DNA of 42,936 nucleotides from a virus (Duplodnaviria; Caudoviricetes), in the IMG/VR virus record IMGVR_UViG_3300032319_000014, positions 1-42,936 of that record; one strand, 5' to 3'. A program made the translations under genes and the position numbers. How positions within the stretch are numbered: the first letter of the stretch is position 1; each line of letters begins with the position of its first letter. Of this stretch, positions 33,928 to 42,936 are shown piece after piece. The notes under the pieces were generated by a model that searched no databases, was not told the DNA's origin, and saw nothing but the letters and a program-made list of their open reading frames with translations.

Positions 33928-34817
33928 TATCGAATCCGGCGGTACAGGTCTAGCATCTTTGTGGCAATAGCAATCTCTCCGCCGAACATAGTTGCTCCGC
34001 TTACGTTGCCCGTAGGCTGAGTTGTTACGTTCATAGTTAGAGAGTTATCTCCACGTATCTTTAAAAACGCCGTTGTAACGAGGATACAGGCCTCTTTAAT
34101 CGTTTGCGGTAGATTACCGAACGCCACCCCGCTTGCGTGCGTATACGCCAACGCAGAGGCTAATGGCACCGTTGTAGAGCCGTATGTGTAGTTACTTGCC
34201 ACCGTTACGCGCTCGCTGTTTGCTCCGTCGTAAATTCGTAGTTGCATTCCGGCCACAATTCCGTCTGCCGTCTGTACCGTCATGCTAGTTGCTCCCGCTG
34301 TTGCGCTTGCAATCAAGTTGTTGACGTACCCTGATGTGTAATTAAACGTAACAAAAATTTGCTGACGTGGCGCTGCGCCTACGCCGAACGAGAGCGCGCC
34401 CTGTGAGGAATAAGTAGTTGCCAGCTGCGATAGCGGCACAATGATTTGTTGGTCTTCGAACCACGCTTTAGACGAGTCGCCTAGCGGTATTAGATTATTA
34501 GGGTCAGTACCGTATGAAAGGCTTTGTAGTGAAATAACCGGGTTATTGTTAGGGTGAATTGCAAGGAACCCGCTAGTAGTCATTCGGGTGCGCTGATTTT
34601 CTCTTTGCGTGGACGCGTTGAGGTTTTGATTTAGGTATTCATCCATGAAACTTGACGCACGTAGGATTACGTTTGCCAGCTCTGCATCTTGTGCAGCTGC
34701 GTTTCCGCCTATTACGAGGTTATCGTAGTCAATCGCTGTTGGAGCATTCTTGTATTCGGCAACCGTAATATACGGGTTTTCGTTGAACGGGTGCTGCGTA
34801 GTTACTCCGGTCGCCAT
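33927..34817 (-). CDS. Head-to-tail adaptor
   Basis: PYITVAEY..RASS.MD..LP..IKEAC..LDLYRR. Confidence 0.75.
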   Translation of the reverse strand: MATGVTTQHPFNENPYITVAEYKNAPTAIDYDNLVIGGNAAAQDAELANVILRASSFMDEYLNQNLNASTQRENQRTRMTTSGFLAIHPNNNPVISLQSLSYGTDPNNLIPLGDSSKAWFEDQQIIVPLSQLATTYSSQGALSFGVGAAPRQQIFVTFNYTSGYVNNLIASATAGATSMTVQTADGIVAGMQLRIYDGANSERVTVASNYTYGSTTVPLASALAYTHASGVAFGNLPQTIKEACILVTTAFLKIRGDNSLTMNVTTQPTGNVSGATMFGGEIAIATKMLDLYRRIR

Positions 34818-34819
34818 GT

Positions 34820-35098
34820 TTAATCTCCGTCTGTTTTAATTCCGCTGCCGTTATCGTGTCCGCACCGGCTGCACATCTTAAACCAGCTGCCGAATCCGCA
34901 CTCTACGCAAGTGTATCCGAGTTGCTCGTTATTAGTTGTAGCGCCCATGAGCGAGGCTTCAATAAATCCTTCGGCCTTCATTGCTTTTGCGTCTTGATTG
35001 CTTACTGTATAAATTCCTTGCTTACTTGGCGTGTAAAGTCTATTGCCAATCTGTGTTTGTCTTACGCCTTTATCCGGCGCAACCATTCTTTTTGCCAT
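34820..35098 (-). CDS. Hypothetical protein with C-terminal Zn ribbon
   Basis: CVECGFGSWFKMCSRCG; AGGAGG SD. Confidence 0.75.
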   Translation of the reverse strand: MAKRMVAPDKGVRQTQIGNRLYTPSKQGIYTVSNQDAKAMKAEGFIEASLMGATTNNEQLGYTCVECGFGSWFKMCSRCGHDNGSGIKTDGD

Positions 35099-35115
35099 GC
35101 TGCCTCCTTATGTTA

Positions 35116-35151
35116 AGAAGAAAGGGAGCGCTATTGCTAACGCTCCCTTTC
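35116..35151 (-). terminator. Intrinsic terminator after major capsid gene
   Basis: GAAAGGGAGCGTTA-GCAA-TAGCGCTCCCTTTC then TTCTT. Confidence 0.85.
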
Positions 35152-35163
35152 CTGCCTTACTTA

Positions 35164-36834
35164 TTATGCAGAAACGATACCTGAGACTGCGCCGTTCCAT
35201 GCAGGAGCGGTACAGAAGAATGTTCCACGGAAATAAGTTGAGAATTCGTACGCGAACTGTGTAACAGGCCACTGAATACCCATGTAATCCTGAACCATAA
35301 AGTTAGCCCATACATCGCTAACCTCTGTGTCAGGGATTGGAAGTGTGAATGAGAGAACTGGAGATACGCCCTGTGGTAGCCATGGGTGTACTTCTAGGTC
35401 TACTGCTTTACCTGTAACTTCGTTCTGAAGACCAGTAACGATTGAGCCGTAAGTGTTTCCACCGTTTTCGCCCGGGTTAGTGATGTTCAAACGGTAGTTT
35501 GCTGTTGAGCCGCTCTTGATTGCGTCAGAGAGTTGCTTACGGTCGTTACCGTTAAGTAGAACGAGGTCTGGGTCAGCCTTTACTGAATCGTAGAGGCTTG
35601 CGAATACAGTCTGATACTCGCCACCAGGATTTGATGTTGAGAACGTAGTGTTAATCGCATTGTTGTAACCTGAGTTAGCGCCAAGTACTGTAGGAAGAAT
35701 TCCGTCGTAACCTGTTGCGTATGCAGATGTGTCAGCGGCCGCACGTGTAGCAGCTGCGCCAGTTGTTGTCAATGGCGCTGTGTTTCCGGTGCGCTGGATT
35801 GAAGCCGCTCCCTGAATTGTGAATGTACCAGTTCCCTTTAGAGTTCCCTGATACTTGAGGTTTGCGTTACCAGTAGTTGTACCAACGTAGATGTTGTAAC
35901 CAAGTGCGCCAGCGACAGGAGTAGAAACTGTAACTGTAAGAACCTGACCTGATGTAGTTGTCTGAGATGTTTCAGTTCCGATGATTGATTCACCGAATCC
36001 TGAACCTGAGATACCTGCGTCAGCTGTTACGTTGATGTAATAGGTAGTTGCTGCGATTGCAGTTTGACCTGTAGCGGCTGTTGCTGCACCCTTTGTGAAT
36101 GTAGGTGCTGAAAGTGCGCCCGCGTATCCGCTTGCAGTTCCGCGTGCCATAAGCATCATGCGCTCTTCCATCAACATAGTTGCGTAGAGAGTAGATGTTG
36201 AAGACAACTGACGGAGGTCTTGGTAACCCATGCCTGAGAAATTAGCATCGAATGATACTGAATCTGAGAGTGAGTATGAGTTGTAAGGAAGAATCAAATC
36301 ATCAGCTGCGTACGCAATCTTTGGACCACGCTCGTAGTTGATTGAACCGAATGCAGTTGTAGTAGATTCGGTGATTCCCGGCCATGTATTTCCTACTCCG
36401 CCTGTACCTGTACCTGTGTATCCGAGAATGCGCTTAACACGGTGTGATGTGCCAACGCCCTTCTTGCGAGGAATACGGTTACGTAGAGGTGTTGGACGTG
36501 GAGTAAGCAACTTTGCAGGCGCTTCGAGGTCGAACGCTGCGAAAGATGTTGAGAGAGGTGAAGTAAGGGAGATGTCTTTCTGAATATCTTGCATCGCTGT
36601 ACGCTGTGAAGCGAGAGCAGAGTTAAGACCAGCGAGTGCGTCTCCGGTTAGTGACTTATTAGCAACGAGTGACTCGATTGCTGCGACTGGGTCAGCGACA
36701 GGTGCCATACCCGGAACAGATGAACCATTTGAAAGAGCCTTACCGAGAACTTCGGTGTATTCCTCCATGCGGTTTGCTGCTTCGATTGGTGCTGCGTCGC
36801 CGAACAGGTCTTTAGCGCGTGGCATTTCGGCCAT
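35164..36834 (-). CDS. Major capsid protein with inserted beta-sandwich
   Basis: Follows protease, precedes terminator; DLE.PAK.L.P..TPLRN.IPR; codon usage looks highly expressed. Confidence 0.88.
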   Translation of the reverse strand: MAEMPRAKDLFGDAAPIEAANRMEEYTEVLGKALSNGSSVPGMAPVADPVAAIESLVANKSLTGDALAGLNSALASQRTAMQDIQKDISLTSPLSTSFAAFDLEAPAKLLTPRPTPLRNRIPRKKGVGTSHRVKRILGYTGTGTGGVGNTWPGITESTTTAFGSINYERGPKIAYAADDLILPYNSYSLSDSVSFDANFSGMGYQDLRQLSSTSTLYATMLMEERMMLMARGTASGYAGALSAPTFTKGAATAATGQTAIAATTYYINVTADAGISGSGFGESIIGTETSQTTTSGQVLTVTVSTPVAGALGYNIYVGTTTGNANLKYQGTLKGTGTFTIQGAASIQRTGNTAPLTTTGAAATRAAADTSAYATGYDGILPTVLGANSGYNNAINTTFSTSNPGGEYQTVFASLYDSVKADPDLVLLNGNDRKQLSDAIKSGSTANYRLNITNPGENGGNTYGSIVTGLQNEVTGKAVDLEVHPWLPQGVSPVLSFTLPIPDTEVSDVWANFMVQDYMGIQWPVTQFAYEFSTYFRGTFFCTAPAWNGAVSGIVSA

Positions 36835-36852
36835 GACGGTATTTCCTTTCGG

Positions 36853-38355
36853 TTAGTTGGATTCAGTTAGGGAAGCGTGCTTACCGAGAAATTCTTGGTA
36901 TAGCGCTTTGTATCCCTTAGCCAAATCCGGGTCGGTTGATGCGTCTGCTTTTGCCTTGTATGTAGCGGCCTTTACCAACAGGTCATTTGACGCGTGGTCT
37001 ATTGGTTTGATAGTCCGCTTAGGACCACCAGAAGCCGCGAGTGACTTTGCAGTCGCTAACTCTGTCTCTAGGCTTACCGCTTTATCTGTCGCTGCCTTAT
37101 TTGCAGATAACAGATTTGCAATCTCTACCGAAAGTGACTTTGTCGCGCTCTTTACTGCTTCCTCTACTATGGCTTTTATTTCTTCCTCTACTGTCTCAGC
37201 AGTGGAATCTTCTTTTGCAGCTTCTTCGGTTTCGGCCGGTGCTGTTTCTTCAGTTGCCGCAGCTTCTTCTACTGCCGGCAATTCCTGCTCTTCTAATTCT
37301 TTTACTTCTTCGTCTGCGTCTGCGCTCTTAGGTGTTTCGTCAGGCGAGACCATTTCTGCAGTAGTTACATCGCTGCGCCCATGTGAGTCTTGCGGAACTT
37401 CGCAACCGCATTCGAGGCACTTATGGCCTTCGACGCTTTTTTCTTTCTTTTCCATTGCTTTGTATCCCCCGGCGCACTTGCATTCTTTTTCCGACTTGTC
37501 GCAATTAGCGCATAAGTCCATTCCGTCTACGTCTTTCTTTGCAGACATTTCAATGTTTTCCATGACTTCTCCCTCTTCTTCTTCGCCTTCGTACCAAGCG
37601 AATAGATGATGTACTGCGGAGAGAAGATGAGCAATAGACATTTCTTCGTTGCTACCTTCGCTCATCTCGCCAGCTTCAACCACAATAAGTTGAGCCAATG
37701 CGCGGCGAGCGTCGTCGTACAACTTTTGGTCGAACTTCTTGACGTCTCCGGCTGCGAGTGATTTGGCAGTATCAACGAGTGCTGAGGCTGTCTTCACTTT
37801 TCCGCTTTCTGTTGAGTTACGGTCTAAGTCTAGGGCTTTTTCCGTTACATTTTCTGCGTTTTCAATCAGCTCTTCTACCTTCCAAATGCCGTTTTCGCCG
37901 GCTACGCTCTTGGCGAGTACTAGCTGGCAATTAGGGTTGGCAGGTCGGTCTACGATTGAAACTTCTACGATTTGGCCGTCAATAATTCGGCCGTTTGCTG
38001 CTTTCTCGTCGCGCACAATTCTTGGAGCCTTAATTCCAATACTGAATCCTTTGAGTACGCCGGTCTCTACCTTTTTTACTGAAATAGGGTCTACTACTAG
38101 CGCATGAATGTAATGGCCGTCTTGCTTCTTTTCGTATTCTTTTGCAACACCGGCAGCGATGTTTGAGTGCTGCTCTCTGATGTTTCCGCCAGTCTTAAAC
38201 CAATCAGGCATTGCGCGGTCTAACCAAGCCGGGTCACAGATTTGCTGGTCTATGTCTAATGAGTCATCAGTTGCCTTACCGTAGACCATCATAGTTCCGT
38301 CTGCGTTGCGGTCTGACTTTACAATCTCGAAAAACGCTGTAGTTAAATCTTGCAC
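36853..38355 (-). CDS. Prohead protease-scaffold fusion
   Basis: VYGKAT..D.D.Q, IREQH, GFSIG, EVSIVDRPANP; acidic coiled-coil C-terminus. Confidence 0.92.
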   Translation of the reverse strand: MQDLTTAFFEIVKSDRNADGTMMVYGKATDDSLDIDQQICDPAWLDRAMPDWFKTGGNIREQHSNIAAGVAKEYEKKQDGHYIHALVVDPISVKKVETGVLKGFSIGIKAPRIVRDEKAANGRIIDGQIVEVSIVDRPANPNCQLVLAKSVAGENGIWKVEELIENAENVTEKALDLDRNSTESGKVKTASALVDTAKSLAAGDVKKFDQKLYDDARRALAQLIVVEAGEMSEGSNEEMSIAHLLSAVHHLFAWYEGEEEEGEVMENIEMSAKKDVDGMDLCANCDKSEKECKCAGGYKAMEKKEKSVEGHKCLECGCEVPQDSHGRSDVTTAEMVSPDETPKSADADEEVKELEEQELPAVEEAAATEETAPAETEEAAKEDSTAETVEEEIKAIVEEAVKSATKSLSVEIANLLSANKAATDKAVSLETELATAKSLAASGGPKRTIKPIDHASNDLLVKAATYKAKADASTDPDLAKGYKALYQEFLGKHASLTESN

Positions 38356-38373
38356 CAGTTGCTCCTTAGTTAA

Positions 38374-38655
38374 TTACGCTGAATAAGTTACTACGACTGC
38401 ACCGGCCGCTGTTTGTGCAGCTGAGATTGCATACACTTTATCTCCGCCGTTAAGCCATAATTGAAATGTGCCGCTTGCTGCAATCGTGCGGCCAATAGTT
38501 GCACCTGATGTTGCAATACTTGCATCTCCTACGAAAATAGCCGCAGAGTGTCCATTGTAAATTTGTACTGCTTGGCCTTGACCCATGCTTGGCGGTAATG
38601 AAGCAATAAGCGTTGCAGTTGTCTGTACGGTGTTATTTAAATGTACTAATGCCAT
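38374..38655 (-). CDS. Small beta-rich virion protein (possible decoration)
   Basis: 93 aa, QIYN..IFVG..G..I..VYAIS. Confidence 0.65.
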   Translation of the reverse strand: MALVHLNNTVQTTATLIASLPPSMGQGQAVQIYNGHSAAIFVGDASIATSGATIGRTIAASGTFQLWLNGGDKVYAISAAQTAAGAVVVTYSA

Positions 38656-38790
38656 TTATTTCTCCTCTGAATGTTCGGTAATTGTACCCTGAGTGTCCGG
38701 CTTTTCGTGCGGTGTAGGTTCGCCGTTAGTCTTTTTTAGCCACACTATTCCTACGCCATCATCTATAAATCTGTTGCGCTCTTCGCTCAC
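38656..38790 (-). CDS. 44-aa protein coupled to MuF-ART, candidate immunity peptide (not in ORF track)
   Basis: GGAGGT SD, GTGA overlap; MSEERNRFIDDGVGIVWLKKTNGEPTPHEKPDTQGTITEHSEEK. Confidence 0.7.
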   Translation of the reverse strand: MSEERNRFIDDGVGIVWLKKTNGEPTPHEKPDTQGTITEHSEEK

Positions 38791-40262
38791 TTAATTACCT
38801 CCACCTTAATTACCCGGTCGTAAATTGAATTAGCGTTAGCCGGGCTGTCATCGTATCCCGTAATTCTAAACTTTGTGCCAGCTTGTAATAGGAATTCTGA
38901 TTCTTGGCGCTGGTATAGACCGTCTATTGCTAGGCCTTTTCCTCCGGCCGGTACTGTAATCTCTAATCGCGTAGACCCGAATGAATACGATTTAGAGTGT
39001 TCAAACGTGGTAGATACGAACCCTTTATCTTGGTATTCGCTTCCTACTCCAGCTCCCCATAATTCATTGCCGTATTGAGTGTTTACGCCTCTGAATACAA
39101 TAATCGGTTCGGTTAGCGGTTTTGTGCGGTCAATTACCGGTTTGAGGTTTTCAATAAGAGGTTTTAATTCGGCAATTCTTTGCTCTTGCCTCTCTAACCT
39201 TACCCCTCTTCCGAATGCGATGTTACCTTCACGCAAGTATCGGTTGATTATGAAATAGTCTTCGCCTTTGTATGCATGAACCGCTGTACGCTCGGCTTCC
39301 GTTAGCGTAGGTTTGATTGCAGTTGCTTGCGTAGTAGTTAATGCGCGGTATTCGCTGTCGCTTAATACTCTTGCCTCTTGCTGCGCGGCCGGTGCAGCTT
39401 CTTCAGCCGGCATAATGTTATCTACCCCGCTGGTATTAGGCTCCGCGTAATACGCCTCGTCAATTACCGGTAATACTGCGCAGCGGCAGTTCGGGTGTAC
39501 CGGCGGCTCTGTATCTCCGCTGTTGAACGCTTCTCCGGTTGTAACTACTTGCCCCTCGTTAGGTGCGCAAATGTCGCAAGGGTTTGCCCCGCTCCACTCC
39601 ACCTTCTCTATGCCCCCGTTTTGGTAATTCTGCATCGCCGCTAGGCTCATCGCTCTGTTTTGCTCGGTAATTGCAATCGTTAGCGCTCGCGCCGGGTCGC
39701 CTATCTTTTCTGTAATTACTTTTGCAGCTCTCGCCGGGCTGAATCCGGCCGCAATCGAATCAGCGAGCGCAGTTCCAATCCGGTCGAATCCGTTAGCGGC
39801 TATTTTTTTACTTGTAATTCCAGCATCGTTGAGTAGTTTTTCGAATGCTCCTGTAGGTCTGTATAGGAGTGCGGCCGCGCGGTTTCCCGGCTTCCAATTA
39901 TTCCAGTCTACGTAATCCGGGCTTTCTTCTTTCTTCTTGGCCTTTGTAATTGCAGCTTTGTTGTATTCAGTCTTTGCTTGGCTTATAGCCTCTGCGCTTG
40001 CGTCTAACCCGAGTAGGAATCCATCTGTATAAATCTTTTTTAGCGCTCCGGCTATCGGCTCTGTATCAATCTTTACATGCAGCATAGCCCACGCGCGAGC
40101 GCGGGTACGGTCTTGCGTAATGTTATCTGTGACAAACGGGTGCGTATCCTGATACGCCTCATAGATTGCACGCGCGTTAATACTTGCCCGGAGTGCAGCT
40201 CGCATCGTTACTGAATTCTTTGCCGCTATGCGCACATCGGCCTTATGTGCGCCCCACGTCAT
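38787..40262 (-). CDS. MuF/SPP1 gp7-like minor head protein fused to VIP2-like ADP-ribosyltransferase
   Basis: MuF: RA..IA.TE..CDIC..PPVHPNCRC; ART: Y....Y..IN.YLR, VFRG, FVSTT, ESEFLL. Confidence 0.92.
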   Translation of the reverse strand: MTWGAHKADVRIAAKNSVTMRAALRASINARAIYEAYQDTHPFVTDNITQDRTRARAWAMLHVKIDTEPIAGALKKIYTDGFLLGLDASAEAISQAKTEYNKAAITKAKKKEESPDYVDWNNWKPGNRAAALLYRPTGAFEKLLNDAGITSKKIAANGFDRIGTALADSIAAGFSPARAAKVITEKIGDPARALTIAITEQNRAMSLAAMQNYQNGGIEKVEWSGANPCDICAPNEGQVVTTGEAFNSGDTEPPVHPNCRCAVLPVIDEAYYAEPNTSGVDNIMPAEEAAPAAQQEARVLSDSEYRALTTTQATAIKPTLTEAERTAVHAYKGEDYFIINRYLREGNIAFGRGVRLERQEQRIAELKPLIENLKPVIDRTKPLTEPIIVFRGVNTQYGNELWGAGVGSEYQDKGFVSTTFEHSKSYSFGSTRLEITVPAGGKGLAIDGLYQRQESEFLLQAGTKFRITGYDDSPANANSIYDRVIKVEVIK

Positions 40263-42103
40263 GCTAGGTAGGCCTTTGCCAATGACCTAGCGGTATCGAG
40301 GTCGCCTTCTACTGCGCAACGGTTTAACGCTTCGCCAACTATCGGGTCAATCATTTTGAATTCAAAGTCTCTTTTACGTGCGCCTTTGTTAGCCCATTTC
40401 ATAAACGCTTTGACTTCGGCCGCTACTTCGTTAGAGGTGTCTTTACCTTCCGGTATCTCCTCTTTTGGTGCAGCTGCGCTTCCGGGTACTTCCGTAGTTC
40501 CATCGCTTTCTAGCTGTGGAGCGCTTTCGGCCGCCGGGTTAATTAGGCCGTCAGGTGAGAATAGGTACACGCTGCTTCCGCTTACCAGCATCGGCATGTC
40601 CGCTTGCGGAGTATCCAATAGCGGTAATCCTAATTCGCTGCGTCGTTCGTTTACTGTCTTGCCGGCGCTAGTAACTTCAATCTGTGACTTACGTGCGCTT
40701 GCTTCGTCGTCTTGGCGCTTACTTGCCATGAGTCGGAATTCTAATTCTCTTGGCATTCCGAGGTACGCGTATGAAAGGTTAGTAATCATTTTGTTAAGCC
40801 AGTTTACGAGAGGCTGTACTCCTAGCGCCTCAGCGTTGCCGGCTTTTCCTTCTTCGAATCCCTTGCCGCCTAATCCGCCTTTAGGGTTATAGCCAATCTC
40901 TGTAGGCTGTACTCCAAAGTGTCCGCAGATTGAAGCAATAAGAAATTCGTCGAGCGTATCCTTAAATTTTTCTCCGTATGCGTCATTTACGATAGGTGTA
41001 ATTCCTGTAGGCAATAGACGTGCGCGCTTGCGCTGCTCTGTTTGTCCCGCCAAATCGTCGTTAAGGATATTTTCCCACGCGCGCAATAAGTCAGGGTTAG
41101 TTCCCCACGTAGCATCTGTTGAGAACATGAGTTCCGGCAATACTCCGTCTGTGTATTCGGCGCGAATCCATTGCTGTCTGCGTAGGTAAATATCTGCTAG
41201 AGGTAATGAGCGCTCTACCGGTGAGTATCCATACACGCTTGTAGTGCGTCGGTTTTTAACGAGGTACGCAAGGTCATCTGATGTAAATTCGCCGTCAGCT
41301 TTTGGGTCATCGTTATTAGCGCTGAATTCTGCACGTGGGAATCCGTAAAGGATTTGCTGGTATGCAGCTTGCGGCGGCATAGGTCGCATTCCTCTGTCAT
41401 CTAGCATCGGTTTAATAGTTGCGCCGTCTAAAATCTGTAGGCCGTATAGGTCTCCGCCTACTGTCTTTTGCGGCCAAATTGCTAATGCGTCAATTACGAG
41501 GATTTCCTCTAGCGCGATGTTAAGCCAATCAGTAAATGTAAGGCCGTTTGCTCTGTCCGGGTTTTCCCAAAACGAACGAATACGGTCAATTTCATCATTA
41601 AAATCTTCGCGCGCTTTTACCATTGCGCGTACATGGTCGCCTCCGCTTTCGCTAACTATCTTTTCGCTAGCGTCATTTCCGAGGACAATATCCCATTCTA
41701 GTCCGGCCGTTTTGCCTTTAATTACTTCTACGCAACGACGGAGTATGTCAATTTGGTCTGCCGCTGCGCGTAATGTCTTAAACGGTACTAGGCGTGTTTC
41801 TGTTATGTTGATGTTTTGTGCGACTTGGTATTCGTAGCGTCGCGGTTCCGGTCTTCCGGTGATTGGATTTACCGGGTTAATCGCGCCCGGTGTAATTGGA
41901 ATACCCGGACCGAAAGGTACTCCGGCTAATAGTGGGTTACGTGGGAGAGCATTTACTGTTCCGTAATTTTGGCCGATTGCTCCGGGTGCTGCGTTACGCA
42001 TTTGTTGTTCGTTCATTACTACCGAGCCAGCTGGTAAATTTGGTGCAGCTTTTTCTACGTCAGTTCCGGCTATTGCTTTTGCGATACGGTCGCGTAGACC
42101 CAT
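40259..42103 (-). CDS. Portal protein
   Basis: 614 aa, LDGATIKP, YGYSPVE, ICGHFGVQP.EIG, TVNE.R..LGLP. Confidence 0.93.
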   Translation of the reverse strand: MGLRDRIAKAIAGTDVEKAAPNLPAGSVVMNEQQMRNAAPGAIGQNYGTVNALPRNPLLAGVPFGPGIPITPGAINPVNPITGRPEPRRYEYQVAQNINITETRLVPFKTLRAAADQIDILRRCVEVIKGKTAGLEWDIVLGNDASEKIVSESGGDHVRAMVKAREDFNDEIDRIRSFWENPDRANGLTFTDWLNIALEEILVIDALAIWPQKTVGGDLYGLQILDGATIKPMLDDRGMRPMPPQAAYQQILYGFPRAEFSANNDDPKADGEFTSDDLAYLVKNRRTTSVYGYSPVERSLPLADIYLRRQQWIRAEYTDGVLPELMFSTDATWGTNPDLLRAWENILNDDLAGQTEQRKRARLLPTGITPIVNDAYGEKFKDTLDEFLIASICGHFGVQPTEIGYNPKGGLGGKGFEEGKAGNAEALGVQPLVNWLNKMITNLSYAYLGMPRELEFRLMASKRQDDEASARKSQIEVTSAGKTVNERRSELGLPLLDTPQADMPMLVSGSSVYLFSPDGLINPAAESAPQLESDGTTEVPGSAAAPKEEIPEGKDTSNEVAAEVKAFMKWANKGARKRDFEFKMIDPIVGEALNRCAVEGDLDTARSLAKAYLA

Positions 42104-42133
42104 TTGTATCTCCCTGTTAGCGCCCCTTGTAAA

Positions 42134-42298
42134 TCAGGCTTGCGTAATAGTATCAGTTAATTCAGTCTGCGCCGTCAGCACATATTCGCCCTGACCGCAG
42201 ACATTACACTTAGTCATCACTTGAGCATCATTTTCATCACGTGTTTCTACATAAAAATGATTGCAACAATCTGAACTGTATTCGTATCTAATAGCCAT
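42134..42298 (-). CDS. 54-aa Zn-ribbon protein (not in ORF track)
   Basis: MAIRYEYSSDCCNHFYVETRDENDAQVMTKCNVCGQGEY...; AAGGAG SD. Confidence 0.7.
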   Translation of the reverse strand: MAIRYEYSSDCCNHFYVETRDENDAQVMTKCNVCGQGEYVLTAQTELTDTITQA

Positions 42299-42312
42299 TT
42301 TATAACTCCTTT

Positions 42313-42936
42313 TTACCAGTAAAGAAAAACAACGCCGTTACCACCTGAACCAGAAGTTCTATTATTTGCAGCAGCACCACCGCCACCGCCTCCTGAACCA
42401 CCGTTACCACCAGTAGTTGATGTTGCAGCGGCACCAGCGCCTGTGTATCCGCCACCACCGCCACCGTGACCTCTAGTTACTCCTGAAGAATTATCACCTG
42501 CTCCACCCGCATAAAAATCTCCTGTGCCACCAGCGCCACCTGTGGTAGCACCTCCGCTGTAGGCACAACCACCGCCACCGCCAATAATTCCATTGCCGCC
42601 TTTACCAGCAGTACCGCTAACTCTTCCACCACCGCCACCGCCAGAAACACCATCGCCACCTGCGTTATTGATGGCACCTCCACCACCTGCATATCCGTAA
42701 ATACTAGCAATAGCCGCAGGTGCACTTGTATAAGAAGAAGTTGAAGTTGTACTAGAAGAAACTACAGAAGTTGCTCCTGCTGCTGCGCCAGCACTATTTG
42801 CCGAAGCACCGCCACCGCCACCGCCAGCCATCACTATTCCATAAATACTTGAACCACCCGAAACGCCTGCAGCGCTTGAGCCAGTACCGCCAATACCGAC
42901 AGTTACGCTATTAGAAACATAAGTCCAACCAGCAGA
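42313..42936 (-). CDS. Glycine-rich virion protein, C-terminal part (5' end outside window)
   Basis: Frame open to the window end: SAGWTYVSNSVTVG...GNGVVFLYW. Confidence 0.8.
   Translation of the reverse strand, partial: SAGWTYVSNSVTVGIGGTGSSAAGVSGGSSIYGIVMAGGGGGGASANSAGAAAGATSVVSSSTTSTSSYTSAPAAIASIYGYAGGGGAINNAGGDGVSGGGGGGRVSGTAGKGGNGIIGGGGGCAYSGGATTGGAGGTGDFYAGGAGDNSSGVTRGHGGGGGGYTGAGAAATSTTGGNGGSGGGGGGAAANNRTSGSGGNGVVFLYW
42901..42936. repeat. Imperfect repeat of window start (1..36)
   Basis: 33/36 identity. Confidence 0.95.

Noticed and set aside
36857-37609. 250-aa plus-strand ORF (also 40356..40892, 4453..4908, 7481..7930, 9288..9746 and similar)
   Set aside because: Ser-rich antisense shadows of well-supported minus-strand genes

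Overview
Near-complete ~43 kb genome of a tailed dsDNA siphophage. The WhiB gene and overall gene content point to an actinobacterial host, probably freshwater. Nearly all genes are on the minus strand, and no integrase, repressor or DNA polymerase is recognisable. The contig appears circularly permuted and broken inside a tandem array of glycine-rich genes: the two ends share a 33/36-nt match. Order on the minus strand: portal, MuF-ADP-ribosyltransferase, protease, capsid, neck, tail (with a -1 frameshift chaperone), lysis, phosphoesterase module, recombination/WhiB/replication initiator, small early genes, SSB, DNA-modification operon, terminase, fibre/Gly-rich island. Highlights: (1) a compact, apparently fully post-replicative thymine hypermodification operon (2x ParB, TET/JBP, amino acid:DNA transferase, PLP enzyme, kinase) coupled to terminase; (2) a MuF-ART virion toxin whose coupled 44-aa downstream ORF shares an RFIDDGxGIV peptide with an unlinked 47-aa early gene, a candidate two-copy immunity/decoy system missed by the ORF track; (3) a lone plus-strand proteasome-beta/HslV-like protease; (4) two pairs of repeated promoter-plus-hairpin elements. 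All family calls come from motif recognition by eye, not database searches.
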